Below are positions 32,736 to 43,562 of a stretch of DNA of 64,000 bases, one piece after another. The notes below the pieces were generated by a model. That model was not told where the DNA came from, did not search any database, and saw only the letters and a program-made list of their open reading frames with translations. The DNA comes from Nostoc sp. DedSLP01 (lineage in GTDB: Bacteria > Cyanobacteriota > Cyanobacteriia > Cyanobacteriales > Nostocaceae), in assembly GCA_034530875.2 (NCBI GenBank), contig JAVRCJ020000022.1, positions 32,001-96,000 on the forward strand. Direction: 5' to 3'. Position 1 is the first letter of the stretch. Each line of letters opens with the position of its first letter. Position numbers and translations under genes: made by a program.

Positions 32736-33317
32736 ATGGCGCCTCAATTCATCCGATTCCAGGAATTGGGTCAAATTTCTCAAGGAATTACCCCTAGTCG
32801 TTATGCCAGCGATCGGGGAGTAACTTACCGTGTTGTGAGTGTTAGCGATCTCGAACAACTATATGTAGAAGATGTCCAAGGACAAGCTCAACTTGATGTA
32901 CCCGACATTCAACGGTACGAGCTACTCGAAAATGATGTAGTAATAGCGATTCGAGGCACAATCCTTAAATCTTCAGTCGTGACAGCATCTCTACAAGGAA
33001 GTATCTCTAACCAAAATACTGTATTTTTTCGCTCGCAGTCTAAAAAAGTTAACCCATTGTACTTAGCTGTACTACTGCGCTCAGAATATTTTGAGAAACT
33101 GCCATTCTTTAGAGAAAGACAATCCACTACTACCCTACCAGCTATAAGAGTTAAGGATCTTCGTAACTTAGAAATCCCGTTACCTGATTTGTATACTCAA
33201 GATCAGATAGCTCAGCTTTTTCTATCTATTGAGCAGGCAAAAAAGATCACATTATCAGCTATTGAAACTCGTAACAGACTATCCAAAGTTGCTCTTTTTA
33301 AAGCATTAGAGATGTAG
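32736..33317 (+). CDS. hsdS: Type I R-M specificity-subunit-like protein (single TRD, half-size)
   Basis: L.ENDVVIAIRGT, VNPLYLAVLL, LRNLEIPLPDLYTQDQIA conserved-region motif; 193 aa. Confidence 0.8.
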   Translation: MAPQFIRFQELGQISQGITPSRYASDRGVTYRVVSVSDLEQLYVEDVQGQAQLDVPDIQRYELLENDVVIAIRGTILKSSVVTASLQGSISNQNTVFFRSQSKKVNPLYLAVLLRSEYFEKLPFFRERQSTTTLPAIRVKDLRNLEIPLPDLYTQDQIAQLFLSIEQAKKITLSAIETRNRLSKVALFKALEM

Positions 33318-33319
33318 AT

Positions 33320-34732
33320 ATGCTTAATAAAACCGAGATAGAATATACACTTTGGCAAGCCCTCGATATTTTGCATAGAAAGTATGCTTCCGGTGAAAGT
33401 GTAGACTGTGTGCTAAAGTTGCTCCTCTTTAAGAGATTGTCAGATCAATCACGTATCGAAAAAAGAACGCAATTGTCTGTTCCTAAAGAAGCACGCTGGT
33501 CTGTTATAGAAGCAGAGCAGTATGTTCTTGCTGACAAACTTAGTGAGGCTTTAACTACTATAGAGAAAGTTAACTCCCAGCTAGAAGGAGTTTTTACTAA
33601 TTCAGAGATGAACTTTTGGAATAGGTTCGATAATGAAACACTACGACATGTAATCAAGCTTATTTCTAAATTAGATATTAGCGATGAAAATTTTAATGAT
33701 TTGAGTGAACTAGGTAAAGCAACTGAAGAATTAATTGAAAAAAGAGATTCTATTGAACCGTATAGAAGAAGCATCTATACTCCACAACAAGTTACTAAGC
33801 TAATGGTTGAACTAATCAAGCCACAGCAAAAAACAAGTATTTACGATCCTGTTTGTGGTTCTGGTGAATTTTTAGCTGAATCTGTAAAGTTCGTTAAGAA
33901 GCTAGGAGGCAATTTATCCCAACTGCATGTATATGGTCAGGATGCAGATCTCCAAAAATGTGCAACTACTAAAATAAATTTAATATTTCATGGAAGTTAT
34001 AACTTTGATATTCGGCTAGGTAATGCTATCTTGAAACCTTGTTTTCTTCAAGAAGGTAAGCCAAGAGTATTTGATATAGTGCTAGCCAATCCACCTTTTA
34101 ATGTTAAATACCACTCAGAATCTTTAAAAAATATTAATTATAATCAACGATTTGATTACGGAATCCCTAGTAACGGCATTGGCAATTATTTGTTCATACA
34201 GCATATTCTCTCTTCTCTTGGAGACAAAGGAAAAGCAGCTGTAATACAACCTCGTGGAGTTCTTTCTCGTGAGGGAGATGAAGGAGAAATCCGCAAAAGG
34301 ATAATTGAAGCCGACTTGATTGAAGCAGTTATTGAAATTGCTCCGAAGCTATTTTATAACTTTTCAATCCCTGTTGTGATTATGATCTTCAATCGGAGCA
34401 AATATCATAAAAATCAGATTTTATTTATTGATGCGAGCAGTGAATATGAAGCTAGAAGAGGACAAAATTTTTTACAGACTGAGCATATTGATCGCATTGT
34501 CTGTGCATATAGCAGATGGGAAGATGAAGAAGGGTTTGCGAAGATAGTATCCATTGAAGAAATAGCTAAGAATGATTATAGTCTCAGCGTTGATCGCTAC
34601 GTCATTCCTCCTACTGATGAAAAAATTGATATTACCTCTGAAGTTAGCAAACTTCATCGCTTAGAAGCTGAACGCTCTGAATTGGAAAGGAAAATAGACG
34701 GCTACTTACAAGCCTTAGGAATCAAACTTTAA
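33320..34732 (+). CDS. hsdM: Type I-like N6-adenine DNA methyltransferase (HsdM)
   Basis: LLLFKRLSD, YTPQQV, IYDPVCGSGEFL (motif I), ANPPF (motif IV), ILFIDAS, NDYSLSVDRYV. Confidence 0.92.
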   Translation: MLNKTEIEYTLWQALDILHRKYASGESVDCVLKLLLFKRLSDQSRIEKRTQLSVPKEARWSVIEAEQYVLADKLSEALTTIEKVNSQLEGVFTNSEMNFWNRFDNETLRHVIKLISKLDISDENFNDLSELGKATEELIEKRDSIEPYRRSIYTPQQVTKLMVELIKPQQKTSIYDPVCGSGEFLAESVKFVKKLGGNLSQLHVYGQDADLQKCATTKINLIFHGSYNFDIRLGNAILKPCFLQEGKPRVFDIVLANPPFNVKYHSESLKNINYNQRFDYGIPSNGIGNYLFIQHILSSLGDKGKAAVIQPRGVLSREGDEGEIRKRIIEADLIEAVIEIAPKLFYNFSIPVVIMIFNRSKYHKNQILFIDASSEYEARRGQNFLQTEHIDRIVCAYSRWEDEEGFAKIVSIEEIAKNDYSLSVDRYVIPPTDEKIDITSEVSKLHRLEAERSELERKIDGYLQALGIKL

Positions 34733-35030
34733 ACTAGACATCACCGTAGTCGGGTATCAACATGGACAAGCATCAACATATAATCTGCGATCGCTTATTT
34801 ACAGTATGATAATTGAATATGTTGTCACCCGTGCATTATTTAAGTAATCGCTATGATTGCAGCCAAAACGCCCTTATTAATTTGTCATGGTGACAACTAG
34901 AGTTTTATTGTGTTTCATAGATATTCTCACCTCATATAGGTGAATTATGATTACCCAATGTTTTAAAAATATGCGAATGGCAGACTTCATCATTTTGAAA
35001 ACAACTAAGTGAAGGGAAGAATCTCATTTT

Positions 35031-35606
35031 CTAACTAACATTACCCGCTGCTAAAATTTGTTTGACTGTCAGCACAATTTCTGGAAAAGTTGCAGAGATA
35101 ATTTGCTGATTTCCGCTAAACTCTTGTTCCTCGTACAATCCTTCTGACAGCAATAAAATTGTAATTTTTGACTCTATTGGGTCTACAATCCAATACTCTG
35201 GAATCTCTAACGCTGCATATTCAGAACGTTTATAGCGATAATCGCGCTTCACTGAATCAAGACTCACTACTTCCACTACTAATATCGGTGCAGTCTGACA
35301 AACAGCCGACTCATCCAGCAATTCCTTTACCTGTTCTGCTGCGACAACATAAATATCAGGTAATCTTGACTTCCGCCATCCCGTTCTCACTCCGGCTTCT
35401 CTAAAGCATAGCCACGGTAAACTCAGGCGATTGATTTCTGTGTCAAATGCTAGTTCAATAAATTTAGAAATCAGTAAATGTCTGAAAGTTGGTGGATTCA
35501 TAAGTTCTAGTTTTCCATCCACCAGTTCATAACGGTTATCGGTACCATCGTCATAAGCGAGATATTCTTCAAAAGAATATAGACGTTCTGTAGTTGCCTT
35601 TGTCAT
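35031..35606 (-). CDS. Uma2 family (DUF820) endonuclease-like protein
   Basis: SFEEYL..RYELVDG, RLPD, LVVEVVS, KRSEYAALEIPEYWIVDP. Confidence 0.92.
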   Translation of the reverse strand: MTKATTERLYSFEEYLAYDDGTDNRYELVDGKLELMNPPTFRHLLISKFIELAFDTEINRLSLPWLCFREAGVRTGWRKSRLPDIYVVAAEQVKELLDESAVCQTAPILVVEVVSLDSVKRDYRYKRSEYAALEIPEYWIVDPIESKITILLLSEGLYEEQEFSGNQQIISATFPEIVLTVKQILAAGNVS

Positions 35607-35714
35607 GGCATAATTTCTAATAACGAGATTTTTTTGAGATAGTTCTCAAAATATCGTGGAAAATTGCAAATATGTTGGTAGTAGAGCGTGTGCGCTACTA
35701 CCTCTATCAATAAC

Positions 35715-37601
35715 TTATTCTACCGTTACAGACTTGGCCAAATTCCTGGGCTGGTCAACGTCCAAACCGCGACGGGCAGCAATGTGATAAGCCAATAGTT
35801 GCAAAGGTACGACTGTCAGCAGTGGAGAAAGCAATTCTTCTACATGGGGGACAGGGAGTAAATCGTTAAAAATTTCCGCAGCTTCGCCATCTTTAACTGG
35901 AGTGACGCCAATTAAGCGAGAATCTCTGGCTTTGGCTTCTTGGGAATTGGAAATCACCTTTTCATATACGCTACCAGGAATTGCGATCGCCACCACCGGT
36001 ACTTTCGCATCTAACAAAGCAATAGGACCGTGTTTCATCTCGCCAGCTGGATATCCTTCAGCGTGAATGTAGCTAATTTCTTTTAATTTCAACGCTCCTT
36101 CTAAAGCAATGGGAAAGTTAATTCCTCTACCTACAAAAATGAAATCTTGGGTTTCAGCAAATTCATGTGCCAGTTGTTCGGTTAAACGTTCCTGACTTTC
36201 TAATGTTGACTCAATATCTTTAGGAATTTGTCGCAAGCCATTAATAATTTTCTCTAAAGTTTCTTTGTCAACTGTCTGCCGTTGAGCTGCTAAATCTAAC
36301 GCTAATGCATAAAACGCCATCAATTGAGCAGTAAAAGTTTTTGTCGCGGCCACCCCAATTTCAATTCCCGCTAAGGTACTAATAATATGCGGTACTAAAT
36401 GACCAAGGCTACTTTCTGGGCGATTAGTAATACCTAAAAGTCGCGCTTCATATTTCGCTTCTTTCCCTTGGCGTCGTTCTTTTTCCATCGCCAAAGCTGC
36501 TAGAGTATCAGCGGTTTCACCTGATTGAGTAACACCAATAATCAAAGTATTGGATGTCAATGGTGATGGTGCATAGCGATACTCAGAAGCGTAATGTACC
36601 TGGGTGGAAATTCCTGCTAATTGTTCGATTAAATATTTACCAATTAATGCAGCGTGCCAACTTGTACCACAAGCAACGATGTGAATTTGTTCTAAATCTG
36701 TGTATAAATCTTCGGGTAAACCTAAATTGATAGGCGATCGCCCATTTTCTTCTACATTACTAAAATAAGCTTCTAAACTAGCTCTCACTACCCCTGGTTG
36801 CTCGTGAATTTCCTTGAGCATAAAGTGTTTGAATCCCTGTTTTTCCACCATCGTGGGATTCAAGTTGAGTAGTCGGGGTTGTTTTTTGAGCCTATCGCCA
36901 GCAAAATTGTAAATCTCAACGCCCAATGGTGTTAGGCGGGCAATTTCGCCATTTTCCAAAGGTAGCACCGCCCGCGTGTAGGAAACGATCGCTGGCGTAT
37001 CTGAGGCACAAAAAAACTCTCCTTGACCAAAACCAATCACCAAGGGCGCTTGTTGGCGAACAACAATCAATTCATCGGGATAATCAGCACAAACCACTGC
37101 CAGCGCAAATGCACCCTCTAAGCGGGTAACAGCTTGGCGCACTGCCTCTAGGAAAGTAAATGAGTCGTCAGATGAAGCGGAAAAATTCTTTAAAATGTCG
37201 GCAATGAGGTGGGGGATAACTTCGGTATCGGTTTCGGAACGAAAAATGTGTCCTTTGGCTTTAAGTTCTTCCCGTAACTCGCGGTAATTTTCGATAATAC
37301 CATTTTGCACCACCGCTACTCGCATTGCATTATCTAAATGGGGATGGGCGTTGTACTCTTCTGGTTTTCCATGAGTCGCCCAGCGAGTGTGACCAATACC
37401 AATTTGGGCAGGGGTTTCCATGTGTTCGAGTTTAGAACGTAGGTTATGCAGCTTGCCTTTCGCTCGCACGCAATTAACCTCACCTTCCCAAACAGTAGCG
37501 ATTCCAGCAGAATCATAGCCCCTGTACTCTAGTTTTTCCAGACCAGCTAATAAAATGTCTGTTGCCGCTTGAGTGCCTATATATCCAACGATTCCGCACA
37601 T
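35715..37601 (-). CDS. glmS: Glutamine--fructose-6-phosphate aminotransferase
   Basis: MCGIVGY, LEYRGYDSAG, GHTRWATHG, C-terminal DQPRNLAKSVTVE. Confidence 0.99.
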   Translation of the reverse strand: MCGIVGYIGTQAATDILLAGLEKLEYRGYDSAGIATVWEGEVNCVRAKGKLHNLRSKLEHMETPAQIGIGHTRWATHGKPEEYNAHPHLDNAMRVAVVQNGIIENYRELREELKAKGHIFRSETDTEVIPHLIADILKNFSASSDDSFTFLEAVRQAVTRLEGAFALAVVCADYPDELIVVRQQAPLVIGFGQGEFFCASDTPAIVSYTRAVLPLENGEIARLTPLGVEIYNFAGDRLKKQPRLLNLNPTMVEKQGFKHFMLKEIHEQPGVVRASLEAYFSNVEENGRSPINLGLPEDLYTDLEQIHIVACGTSWHAALIGKYLIEQLAGISTQVHYASEYRYAPSPLTSNTLIIGVTQSGETADTLAALAMEKERRQGKEAKYEARLLGITNRPESSLGHLVPHIISTLAGIEIGVAATKTFTAQLMAFYALALDLAAQRQTVDKETLEKIINGLRQIPKDIESTLESQERLTEQLAHEFAETQDFIFVGRGINFPIALEGALKLKEISYIHAEGYPAGEMKHGPIALLDAKVPVVAIAIPGSVYEKVISNSQEAKARDSRLIGVTPVKDGEAAEIFNDLLPVPHVEELLSPLLTVVPLQLLAYHIAARRGLDVDQPRNLAKSVTVE

Positions 37602-38119
37602 TGCTCACACCACTTTTTTTTCAGGATGATTAAATCCAGTATAGTTGTTAGCACAAACTGGGTGTTTTGCAAATAAAAAAAGGATTTATTTAGGGTGTGG
37701 GGTGTGGGGTGTGGGGTGTAGTGAAATAATGTGCTTTTACAGCTACTCTTTTATGGCTTGTTTATTTATTAGAGCCTGGGGTGTAGGGTCTAAGTGTAGC
37801 GAAAGAATATGCTTTTATACTGACTCTTGTATGGTTTCTTTATTTATTAATGAAGACAATAAAATATATTTATGGTTAAATTCTCGAAATTGATTTGTGG
37901 CGATTCCCCCACACCCTACACCCTACACCCTTCTCAATCAGAATTGAGTGCTGAGTCCCCAGTGGCGAGTGATCTGTATCTCAGCACTAGGCACTCAGCG
38001 AGAGTTTAGAGTAGTTGGCTACCCTTCGGGAACGCTAACGGCAAACCGCCGCAGACGCCCGGAGGGCGGCTTGTCGAAGACATCTGGACTTCGGCGATTC
38101 AACACTCGGCACGAGCCTT

Positions 38120-38407
<288 letters not shown>

Positions 38408-38866
38408 TCATAATCAAGGCATAGTTTACCGCAGTGCTTGATAGCCTGTACTCAAAAGGCTACATAACTTCAAACAATTTAATAGGCACGTTAAAATATT
38501 TGTTTTTGGGAGATCGTCCCTATTGACTTAGCAATTTGCAACATTATAACGACGTATTTACCCCATAGCGCAATACGCTGGGGTTTAGGGACTTGCAACT
38601 AAAAAATATCCTATCGCTGTGTAGGCACGGGGGCACGGGAGGCAGGGTAAAAAACAGAAATTGAGGGTTTGTCAGTAAGAACTGATGACTACTTACAAAC
38701 CTTCTCTAGAAAAAGATATTTGCGTTTGCCGGGATTTAATCAGTTTGCAGCAAATTTTCTTTGGCGTTGCTGCATAACGTCATTAAGTTCCCAGCAGACG
38801 GTCACTAGGAGTTTAAGGTTGGGGCTGGCGATCGCACCAAGGTACAATTGAGGCACGAGTCAAGCA

Positions 38867-39976
38867 TCAGAATTTTTTCGCCAGCACTTCCTGAGGAGTA
38901 ATTTCGGCGTACTGTTGTGGAGTTAGAAAACCATCTCTAACATTTACCTTCTTAGGTATCAGTCCCAAATCATACCACTTATCGGCTACTTGCTGTTGCT
39001 TTTTGATCATTTGCTCGTTAATCGGTACTAATGCAAAATCATATTTTTTGTGCATGATTTCTAACGTAGGTGTATCCAGTTGAGTAGCTGAAGCGAGTAA
39101 TTGGGCTATTTCTTGAGGATGGGTTTTTGACCAATTTTGTGCTTTATTTAGTTCTTCTAAAAAAACCTTAATAACTTCTCGGTTTTCTTCATAGAACTTG
39201 CGATTAGTAGAGTAAAAGTTGTTAGTATCCCGCAACCCATTTCCACCATCTGTTAGGATACGCCCTGTTTGATTTTGAATATTTCTAGTAACAAATGGCT
39301 CCCAAATAAACCAAGCATCTACCTTACCTTGGCTAAATGCCACATTTGCATCTGGTGGTGGTAAATAAACTGACTCTACATCGCTGAGTTTTAAACCTTC
39401 TTTTTCTAAAGCTCTAACTAGAAGATAGTGACCAATTGATGCTTTTTGAAAAGCAACTTTTTTACCTTTCAAATCTTTGACGCTTTGAATCGGAGAGTTC
39501 TTTGGAACTAACAGCGAAACTGCTTTACCATCGCTAGAATTAGCAGCTAAATATACTAGAGGCGCGCCAGCTGCTTGAGAGAAAACCGGAGGTGACTCAG
39601 CTGTAGAAGCAATATCAAGTGCGCCTGCATTTAAGGCTTCTAATTGCTGAGGTCCGGCAGCAAATTCTGGCCACTCTACCCTGTAACCTAGAGGTTTTAA
39701 TCGTTCTGCTAAAATTCCTTTTTGTTCTAAAACAGCTAGGGCTGTAAGTTGTTTAGAACGAACAATTCTCACTACTTTTTCACTAGTAGTACTACTAGCT
39801 ACATTCGATGTCGATGAAGTTGTTTGTTCCTGAGTATTATTTCTTGCAGGGCTGCAACTAAACAGCGTCGTAGACAATACTACGCTATAGCCAAAAGCAA
39901 ATAAAGCATGGCGGCGAGTGATGCGTAGGCGGTTCCAAGATGCAAATCTATTTTTCATTTTTCGCACTAATGACAT
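38867..39976 (-). CDS. ssuA: Aliphatic sulfonate ABC transporter substrate-binding lipoprotein (SsuA family)
   Basis: Lipobox LFSC, EFAAGPQQLEALNAGALD, DLKGKKVA, VDAWFIWEPF, QQQVAD....GLIPKKV. Confidence 0.85.
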   Translation of the reverse strand: MSLVRKMKNRFASWNRLRITRRHALFAFGYSVVLSTTLFSCSPARNNTQEQTTSSTSNVASSTTSEKVVRIVRSKQLTALAVLEQKGILAERLKPLGYRVEWPEFAAGPQQLEALNAGALDIASTAESPPVFSQAAGAPLVYLAANSSDGKAVSLLVPKNSPIQSVKDLKGKKVAFQKASIGHYLLVRALEKEGLKLSDVESVYLPPPDANVAFSQGKVDAWFIWEPFVTRNIQNQTGRILTDGGNGLRDTNNFYSTNRKFYEENREVIKVFLEELNKAQNWSKTHPQEIAQLLASATQLDTPTLEIMHKKYDFALVPINEQMIKKQQQVADKWYDLGLIPKKVNVRDGFLTPQQYAEITPQEVLAKKF

Positions 39977-40276
39977 GATTTTTTATTATTCAGTGATGTC
40001 AAAATCAAAAATTAAAGAAATAAGGTGGAAAAAACCACCTTAAGTAACAGAATTCGAGGTTTACTGTGGCAGAAAATTTAATAAGAATTCAAGAGTCAGG
40101 ATTCAAAATCATTTATTGATGAGATAAAAAACATAATTCCTAATTTCTGCGCTCCCAACTTTAGCCTTGGAGTAACAATTACTGTCTTCGTAGCGCTGGG
40201 CAATCTATTACGAATTATTCTGACTCCTGAATTCTGTTAGCGTAGCGGGGCGTAGCCCATTCTGAATTCTGAATTC

Positions 40277-41464
40277 TTACGAATATTGCGTAACTAAAGG
40301 TAATTCTTGATTAAGTACCCAATTGCCAATATCACGCAATTTATAATCTACAGGATCGTGGAGAGTGAATGTACGCAAATCTCGCCAGTAACGGTCAAAG
40401 CCGTATTTAGTCGCTGTAGAACGAGTTCCGGTTGCTTCAAAAAGACCAGTAGTAATATCCAAACCAACACGAGAAGCAAAAGCTTTGGCTGCAAAAACAG
40501 AAATTGCTACTTCTCCCCTTTCTTGAGTTGTGAGGTTAGTTTCTTTTTTCCATACTTGTTGCACTTGGAGGCTAACTTTGTCAGCTAAACTAATTGCTGC
40601 TTGCAATTGCGTCCACAAGTTTCCATAGTGATGCAAAATATATGGGTCTTGAGTGGCACTATTAACACCAGATGTAATCCAAGGTTTTGTCTGAGTAATA
40701 GTGTATTGCCTTGCAGCTGCTAATGCTCCTTCAGCAATTCCCAAATAAATATAAGTTTTCGTTAATTGGGCGATGATTCCCAAAAATGTGCTAAAAGCAC
40801 CATCAGGAGGATGAGGATATCCCAAAATTTCATCTTTTTTTACCAAAACATCGTAAAAAGTGAATGTATCGCTATCTGTGCGTCTTTGTCCGATATTGTC
40901 CCAGTCTTGGTTAGAAGCAATACCAGACCTATCTTTAGGAATTATAAATATTAAGGGTACTTCTACATTATCTTGAAGAGCTGAGAATACACGGTAATCT
41001 GCAATGGCAACACCCGTGCCGAAACTTTTGCTACCATGAACGCGAAAATGTTCGCCCTCTGGACTAATTTTCAGCCTCGTATCTCTGGTGTTGATGGCAT
41101 TAGCCCAAAATAAGTTTTTCTCGGCAGTCTCTCGATAATATCTTTCTTTTTGCTCTAGCGTTCCGGAAACATGAGCTAAGGCACTTAAGTTAAGATGGTT
41201 GCCATACAACTGTCCGATGGAACCGTCTGCTTTTGAAAGTTCTTGGACTATTTTTAAAGCTTCTGCCCAAGTCGCACCTATACCACCGTACTCTTTTGGT
41301 ACAACCAAAGATAGCAAACCAGTTTCTTTCAATCGTTGGATTTCTATATCTGGTAACCCTGCTTTGTTATCTCTTTCAACTGCGGTGGCTGTCAGTTCCG
41401 TAGATAAAGAAGCAGCAACATTAATCCAGTTTTTAGATTCTGCTTCAACCAATAGTTGCACCAT
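40277..41464 (-). CDS. SfnB/DszC-like flavin-dependent monooxygenase (acyl-CoA dehydrogenase fold, sulfur acquisition)
   Basis: VPKEYGG.G, ADGSIGQL, DWDNIGQRRTDS, DPYILHHYG, FDRYWRDLRTFTLHDPVDYK. Confidence 0.88.
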   Translation of the reverse strand: MVQLLVEAESKNWINVAASLSTELTATAVERDNKAGLPDIEIQRLKETGLLSLVVPKEYGGIGATWAEALKIVQELSKADGSIGQLYGNHLNLSALAHVSGTLEQKERYYRETAEKNLFWANAINTRDTRLKISPEGEHFRVHGSKSFGTGVAIADYRVFSALQDNVEVPLIFIIPKDRSGIASNQDWDNIGQRRTDSDTFTFYDVLVKKDEILGYPHPPDGAFSTFLGIIAQLTKTYIYLGIAEGALAAARQYTITQTKPWITSGVNSATQDPYILHHYGNLWTQLQAAISLADKVSLQVQQVWKKETNLTTQERGEVAISVFAAKAFASRVGLDITTGLFEATGTRSTATKYGFDRYWRDLRTFTLHDPVDYKLRDIGNWVLNQELPLVTQYS

Positions 41465-41672
41465 TATCTATCATTCTCCTTCGGATGGGTATGCATGAGG
41501 AAATGGGAATTGGGAAACAACTTGGTGAAAGTTCATATTAGTTGCAAAACGATGAGGTATAGTTCGCCCAACTCCCAAGATTCAGTTGCGCAGCTGTTAT
41601 CAACTCAGGATTTTTACGATATAGTGACCTGATTGCTGATAAGCAAGATTAATTTAAATGGCTAGTCTGAAA

Positions 41673-41700
41673 CTACTGTAAATCGGTAGTATTTAAGTAG
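41673..41700. promoter_or_regulatory. CTAC-N20-GTAG operator-like box 1 (upstream of the monooxygenase-ssuA unit)
   Basis: CTACTGTAAATCGGTAGTATTTAAGTAG; a minus-strand -10 TATACT (41708-41713) lies 7 nt upstream. Confidence 0.7.
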
Positions 41701-42258
41701 ATTCGATAGTATAGAAGTTTTGCATAGTTCACTATAAAAGGCAAGTTTTTTTTGTGAAACAAATCAACAAATGCAATATTACTTAACTAAGTTATGAAAT
41801 CTTGATATAGGGTAATTATAAGAAAATATACTCATTGACTCTGGAAAATTAATTAACTGTTTATTAATAGATATAACTGAAAGCCTTACTGAGTAATCAT
41901 TTCATTTATAATAGATGAGTTGATGAGAGTATTGCTTTTGTTAACTATGCTCTGTGTGGGAAGATGGACAAATCGGGCACATCGTAGGGTGTAATTTGCG
42001 ATCGCAACATTCAAATTAGGGCAAATGGATAATCTTCTCTCAGCAACACAAGAGTCTGAACCCCGAATTTATACGAATTTTAGGTACTTAGACATTTATC
42101 AAAGCATCTAAAACTAGTTGAATTTACACAATATAGATGGGTTTAGTGTGCTTAGAATTGCGAAACATTTAGCAACTATTGATTTCTCAAAAATAAAGTT
42201 TTACCTTGCTATTTAAGACAGCTAAAACATCAATTACAAAAACAGGGAAGCTATTTCT

Positions 42259-42666
42259 ATGATGATGACTGAATCTATACTCGCCGAAATCGAAGCTTGT
42301 AAAGAAATCTGCATGGAATGCCAAACCACTTGCATTGAGACTATTAAATACTCTAAGACTCAGGGTGGTAAATACATGGATATGGGTATGATGTCCATGA
42401 TGCGGGACTGTGCAGAAATGTGCATGATGTGCGTGAACATGATTAATGACGGTTCTGAGTTTATGGGAAACACTTGCAGTCTGTGCGCTCAAATTTGCGA
42501 TCGCACTGCAATGGTTTGCGAACAAATGAGCAACGATCCCACAATGATGCACTGTGCTGCTATTTGCCGTAAGTGCGCTCAACACTGCAACACGATGGGA
42601 CTCAATTCTGCTTCTTATTTCCGCAGATCGAGTTTAGTGACAGCAGATGCACTACTTGCTAACTAA
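42259..42666 (+). CDS. Four-helix-bundle copper-storage (Csp3/DUF326-like) protein
   Basis: 15 Cys in CxxxC/CxxC helical repeats (CAEMCMMC, CSLCAQIC, CAAICRKCAQHC); no signal peptide. Confidence 0.85.
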   Translation: MMMTESILAEIEACKEICMECQTTCIETIKYSKTQGGKYMDMGMMSMMRDCAEMCMMCVNMINDGSEFMGNTCSLCAQICDRTAMVCEQMSNDPTMMHCAAICRKCAQHCNTMGLNSASYFRRSSLVTADALLAN

Positions 42667-42751
42667 TTTACCCCCAAGATTGAGTTTCCTAACTCATCAC
42701 AAACTAGTCTTTCTACTTAAAACCATATCGTGCCCGACTATTTTTAGTTGT

Positions 42752-42781
42752 TCGCCACCCAGAAAGTTTTTTGGGTGGCGA
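42752..42781. terminator. Hairpin between convergent genes (probable bidirectional terminator)
   Basis: TCGCCACCCAGAAA-GT-TTTTTGGGTGGCGA. Confidence 0.7.
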
Positions 42782-42820
42782 TAAAATTAACAAAATTGTT
42801 TGGATTTCTGCAATGTAGTG

Positions 42821-43486
42821 CTAGGCAGCAACAGGAGTCGCAAATCTAGCATATCGTTCGATGTAGAATTCCTTGCTATTAGCGATCGCCACTACAGAAT
42901 CCCTTTGTTTCAAAGCCTTTTTCCACTGACGCAGACGAGTAAATTCCTCTGGTATGCCAAAGCCTCGATATTGCTTCAGCGCAGGCCAACGTTCAAACCA
43001 CGGGTAAAAGGTAAAATCAACCAAACTGATAGATTCACCAAACCAGTAAGGGCCGTCTTTTGATAACTTCGCTAAACCTTCATTTTCGATAAATTCCAAA
43101 TGTTTGTACAGTTCTTGTTTAGCTGCTTCTTGTTGTTCAATTTCAGAACTACGCAACAGAGCAGAAAAAGCTGGAACAAATCGAGTATTAGCAAAATCAA
43201 TCCAGATTCGAGCCTGCGCTTTATCAATGGAATCGCTAGGCAAAAGAGGCGGATTTGGAAATACCTCATTCAGGTATTCATTAATAATTGCCGATTCCCA
43301 AACTCGCCGACCGTTATGAACGATCGCAGGTACTTTACCATAAGGGGAAATGTTCCTAAAGCCCTCCGGTGGATTTTGTAAATTAATTTCAATTAAATCA
43401 AAGTCGATACCTTTTTCTTGCAAAACCAAGCGCGAACGATGAGCATAAGGACAAACAACCGCGCTATATATTTGAATTTCAGCCAT
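42821..43486 (-). CDS. Glutathione S-transferase, omega-like (CPY active site)
   Basis: [38 protein letters not shown]. Confidence 0.92.
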   Translation of the reverse strand: MAEIQIYSAVVCPYAHRSRLVLQEKGIDFDLIEINLQNPPEGFRNISPYGKVPAIVHNGRRVWESAIINEYLNEVFPNPPLLPSDSIDKAQARIWIDFANTRFVPAFSALLRSSEIEQQEAAKQELYKHLEFIENEGLAKLSKDGPYWFGESISLVDFTFYPWFERWPALKQYRGFGIPEEFTRLRQWKKALKQRDSVVAIANSKEFYIERYARFATPVAA

Positions 43487-43562
43487 CTTGATGTTCCTCT
43501 ATAATTTAGGATTGATTTATTAAGGAAGGCAGCAGGAAAACTGCTCTCTACCTTCTGCCTTC

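Noticed and set aside
31861..35030. attR duplication of the tRNA-Phe 3' end
   Set aside because: I found no second copy of TTCAAGTCTGGTTCCTGGCA by eye, so the right border of the island is not defined.
37602..38119. glmS ribozyme upstream of glmS
   Set aside because: No recognisable ribozyme core; the region is explained by STRR and dispersed repeats.
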